A model generated the notes under the pieces. The model made no database searches. It was not told the DNA's origin and worked only from the letters and a program-made list of their open reading frames with translations. Positions 62,394 through 64,000 of a stretch of DNA of 64,000 bases are shown here, one piece after another (positions within the stretch are counted from its first letter, which is position 1; each line of letters starts with the position of its first letter). The stretch is from an uncultured bacterium (GTDB lineage Bacteria; Patescibacteriota; Minisyncoccia; UBA6257; 2-01-FULL-56-20). The DNA lies in NCBI GenBank assembly GCA_963747905.1, contig CAVVHF010000018.1, positions 1,135 to 65,134 of the forward strand, read 5' to 3'. A program made the translations under genes and the position numbers.

Positions 62394-63242
62394 CTATTCC
62401 GGAGTGGTAAGCCAGCGCCACAGGCGCATATACCACGTCAGCTTTTCTTTTGCCGTTCCTTTACGCCGGGTACCTGCCTGAGAAATGATTTTTTTGATCT
62501 TGGGCATCGCGAGCGTCGCCGCGCGGTAACCTTCTTTTATAAGGGGACCGACTTTCCCCCAGTCGGAAGACGTATAGGGTTCAAGGTGGGGTTCGATAAT
62601 AATGTCGGCCAGCTCTCTGTGTATGATACTCTGGCGAAACACCATGATATCCACCGAATTCATCATTACGCCAATAATGCTTTTGGGTCTTTTATAACTA
62701 CGCCATCGGGCGAGGTTCACGCCGATCTTCACGTCGGCATGCAAATCGGCCAGCTCCTTAATCGGAAGATTTTCCACAAGCCCCCCGTCCACGAGGAGAC
62801 GGCCATCTTTTGCGATCGGCGCGAAGAGGCCTGGGATGGCGGTGCTTGCGCGTACGGCATCGACAACGCTTCCCGACCGAAACACTACTTTTTCTCCCGT
62901 GCTGATATCGGTCGCGACAATCGCAAGGGGAATCTTTGCATCTTCGATATTCGCATCATGTCCGATGAGTTTTATAAGGAGGTCACCGACGATCTGATTT
63001 GTCGCGATGCCCATAGCCGAACGGAAGAATCTGGAGAATTTATGCCACGAGAGATTTTCTGCGGCCTTTGCCACATCACTCATTGGTACTCCAAACGCAT
63101 AGCATGCGGCAATGACGGATCCCGCGCTCGTTCCCGAAATACAATCAATGGCTATATCATGATCTTCGAATGACTGAATGACGCCGATATTGGCAATACC
63201 GAGTGCGCTGCCGCCGGAAAGGGCAACGCCGATTTTCTTCAT
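62394..63242 (-). CDS. patatin-like phospholipase
   Basis: ALSGG, GTSAG, VDGG. Confidence 0.93.
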   Translation of the reverse strand: MKKIGVALSGGSALGIANIGVIQSFEDHDIAIDCISGTSAGSVIAACYAFGVPMSDVAKAAENLSWHKFSRFFRSAMGIATNQIVGDLLIKLIGHDANIEDAKIPLAIVATDISTGEKVVFRSGSVVDAVRASTAIPGLFAPIAKDGRLLVDGGLVENLPIKELADLHADVKIGVNLARWRSYKRPKSIIGVMMNSVDIMVFRQSIIHRELADIIIEPHLEPYTSSDWGKVGPLIKEGYRAATLAMPKIKKIISQAGTRRKGTAKEKLTWYMRLWRWLTTPE

Positions 63243-63263
63243 ATTTTTATTGTACGCCTACTT

Positions 63264-63328
63264 ACAACAAAATGTCCCTTTCTGGCGAATTATTCTTATC
63301 ACGAGCCAGAAAGGAACATTTTTGTCGT
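63264..63328 (-). repeat. long imperfect hairpin behind tRNA-Ser 3' end
   Basis: Minus strand ACGACAAAAATGTTCCTTTCTGGC / GCCAGAAAGGGACATTTTGTTGT with G-U pairs. Confidence 0.85.
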
Positions 63329-63330
63329 TG

Positions 63331-63417
63331 CGGAGAGAGTGGGATTCGAACCCACGGTACCCTTTCGAGTACACCGCATTTCGAGTGCGGCGCCTTCGAC
63401 CACTCAGCCATCTCTCC
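63331..63417 (-). tRNA. tRNA-Ser(CGA)
   Basis: GGAGAGA acceptor, CT-CGA-AA loop, long variable arm, G73. Confidence 0.96.
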
Positions 63418-63543
63418 CCTGCTCTATGGTTACAGAAACGCGACGCTAATTCAAGAGGCCTAGTGTCCGGATATAGTTATGCCGCCGTCCCTGGTAATAG
63501 GGACAGCGGCCCGTGCAATCTGGGGGTGAAAAATGGTTCAGGT

Positions 63544-63780
63544 CTACGACGCCAATCGCTTGTCTACCTCAGCGCGAATGGATGGCTGTATTTGAATCTC
63601 CCCACGAAGATATTCCCTCTGCGGCCCAGAAAGCAGGTCGAGCTGAAGCTCCGGGGTAATGAGATCCAAAATCCTTTGCACCTTTGGCTCAATGCGGAAT
63701 GGTTGTAGTACTGTGGGAACACTATGTCTCGGGATATGAAGTCCCCGGGTGCGGACTAATGATACAACAGCTGTCGCCAT
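63544..63780 (-). CDS. small hypothetical protein
   Basis: GAGGGG SD before MATAVV; hairpin at ~63481-63510 downstream. Confidence 0.4.
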   Translation of the reverse strand: MATAVVSLVRTRGLHIPRHSVPTVLQPFRIEPKVQRILDLITPELQLDLLSGPQREYLRGEIQIQPSIRAEVDKRLAS

Positions 63781-64000
63781 ATTCCCCTCGTGGTCTGTTG
63801 CAAAGATTCGCCTTCGGCTTCTTAGTTGAGAAACCAAAAGCAACTCCTATCGCCATATCACTCTTTTAAAAAAGAAAAAGCTCTCCGGTGGATAAGCCAT
63901 CGGCAGTTGACTCGCCTACCAAAACGCTTTATACAGATAACAGGACTGGAGGGCACATGTTAGATATTTCGAATCGATTGCCCAACGGGATTGTTTATCG

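Noticed and set aside
63865-63915. Minus-strand CCACCGGAGAGC resembling a ZTP riboswitch
   Set aside because: Upstream GACUGGCG core absent and no purine or folate gene follows.

Overview
This window reads as chromosomal DNA of a small-genome bacterium, most likely Patescibacteria (CPR, Parcubacteria-like). That is an inference from the short ProRS, hinge-less SMC, shortened UvrA/UvrC/AtpC and DUF5652/Gmad2-type small proteins; no database search was run. Most of it is housekeeping: mreBCD-pbp2, proS, mnmA, efp, rpsP-khpA, smc-rnc-nusB-rpmF-rnhB, hrcA-grpE-dnaK-dnaJ with a CIRCE operator, corA-cysS-dnaB, recR, ychF, uvrBAC, nth, a complete F-type ATP synthase operon, ftsEX, prfB and four tRNAs. 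Accessory parts are a complete IS481-family element with a 5-bp target duplication, a small island after tRNA-Ala (HEPN-like ORF, RNAP alpha-CTD-like ORF) and a nucleotide-hydrolase cluster around tRNA-Lys. The most notable unexplained signal is two unrelated long hairpins directly behind tRNA-Lys and tRNA-Ser, 38 kb apart, that carry an identical 16-nt loop motif with a compensatory closing pair. Other highlights are an unannotated Zn-ribbon microprotein between grpE and dnaK, a ~130-nt rod-like palindrome at the dnaB stop, and a window-wide split between leaderless-type core genes and SD-led orphan genes. No CRISPR array, rRNA or integrase was seen.
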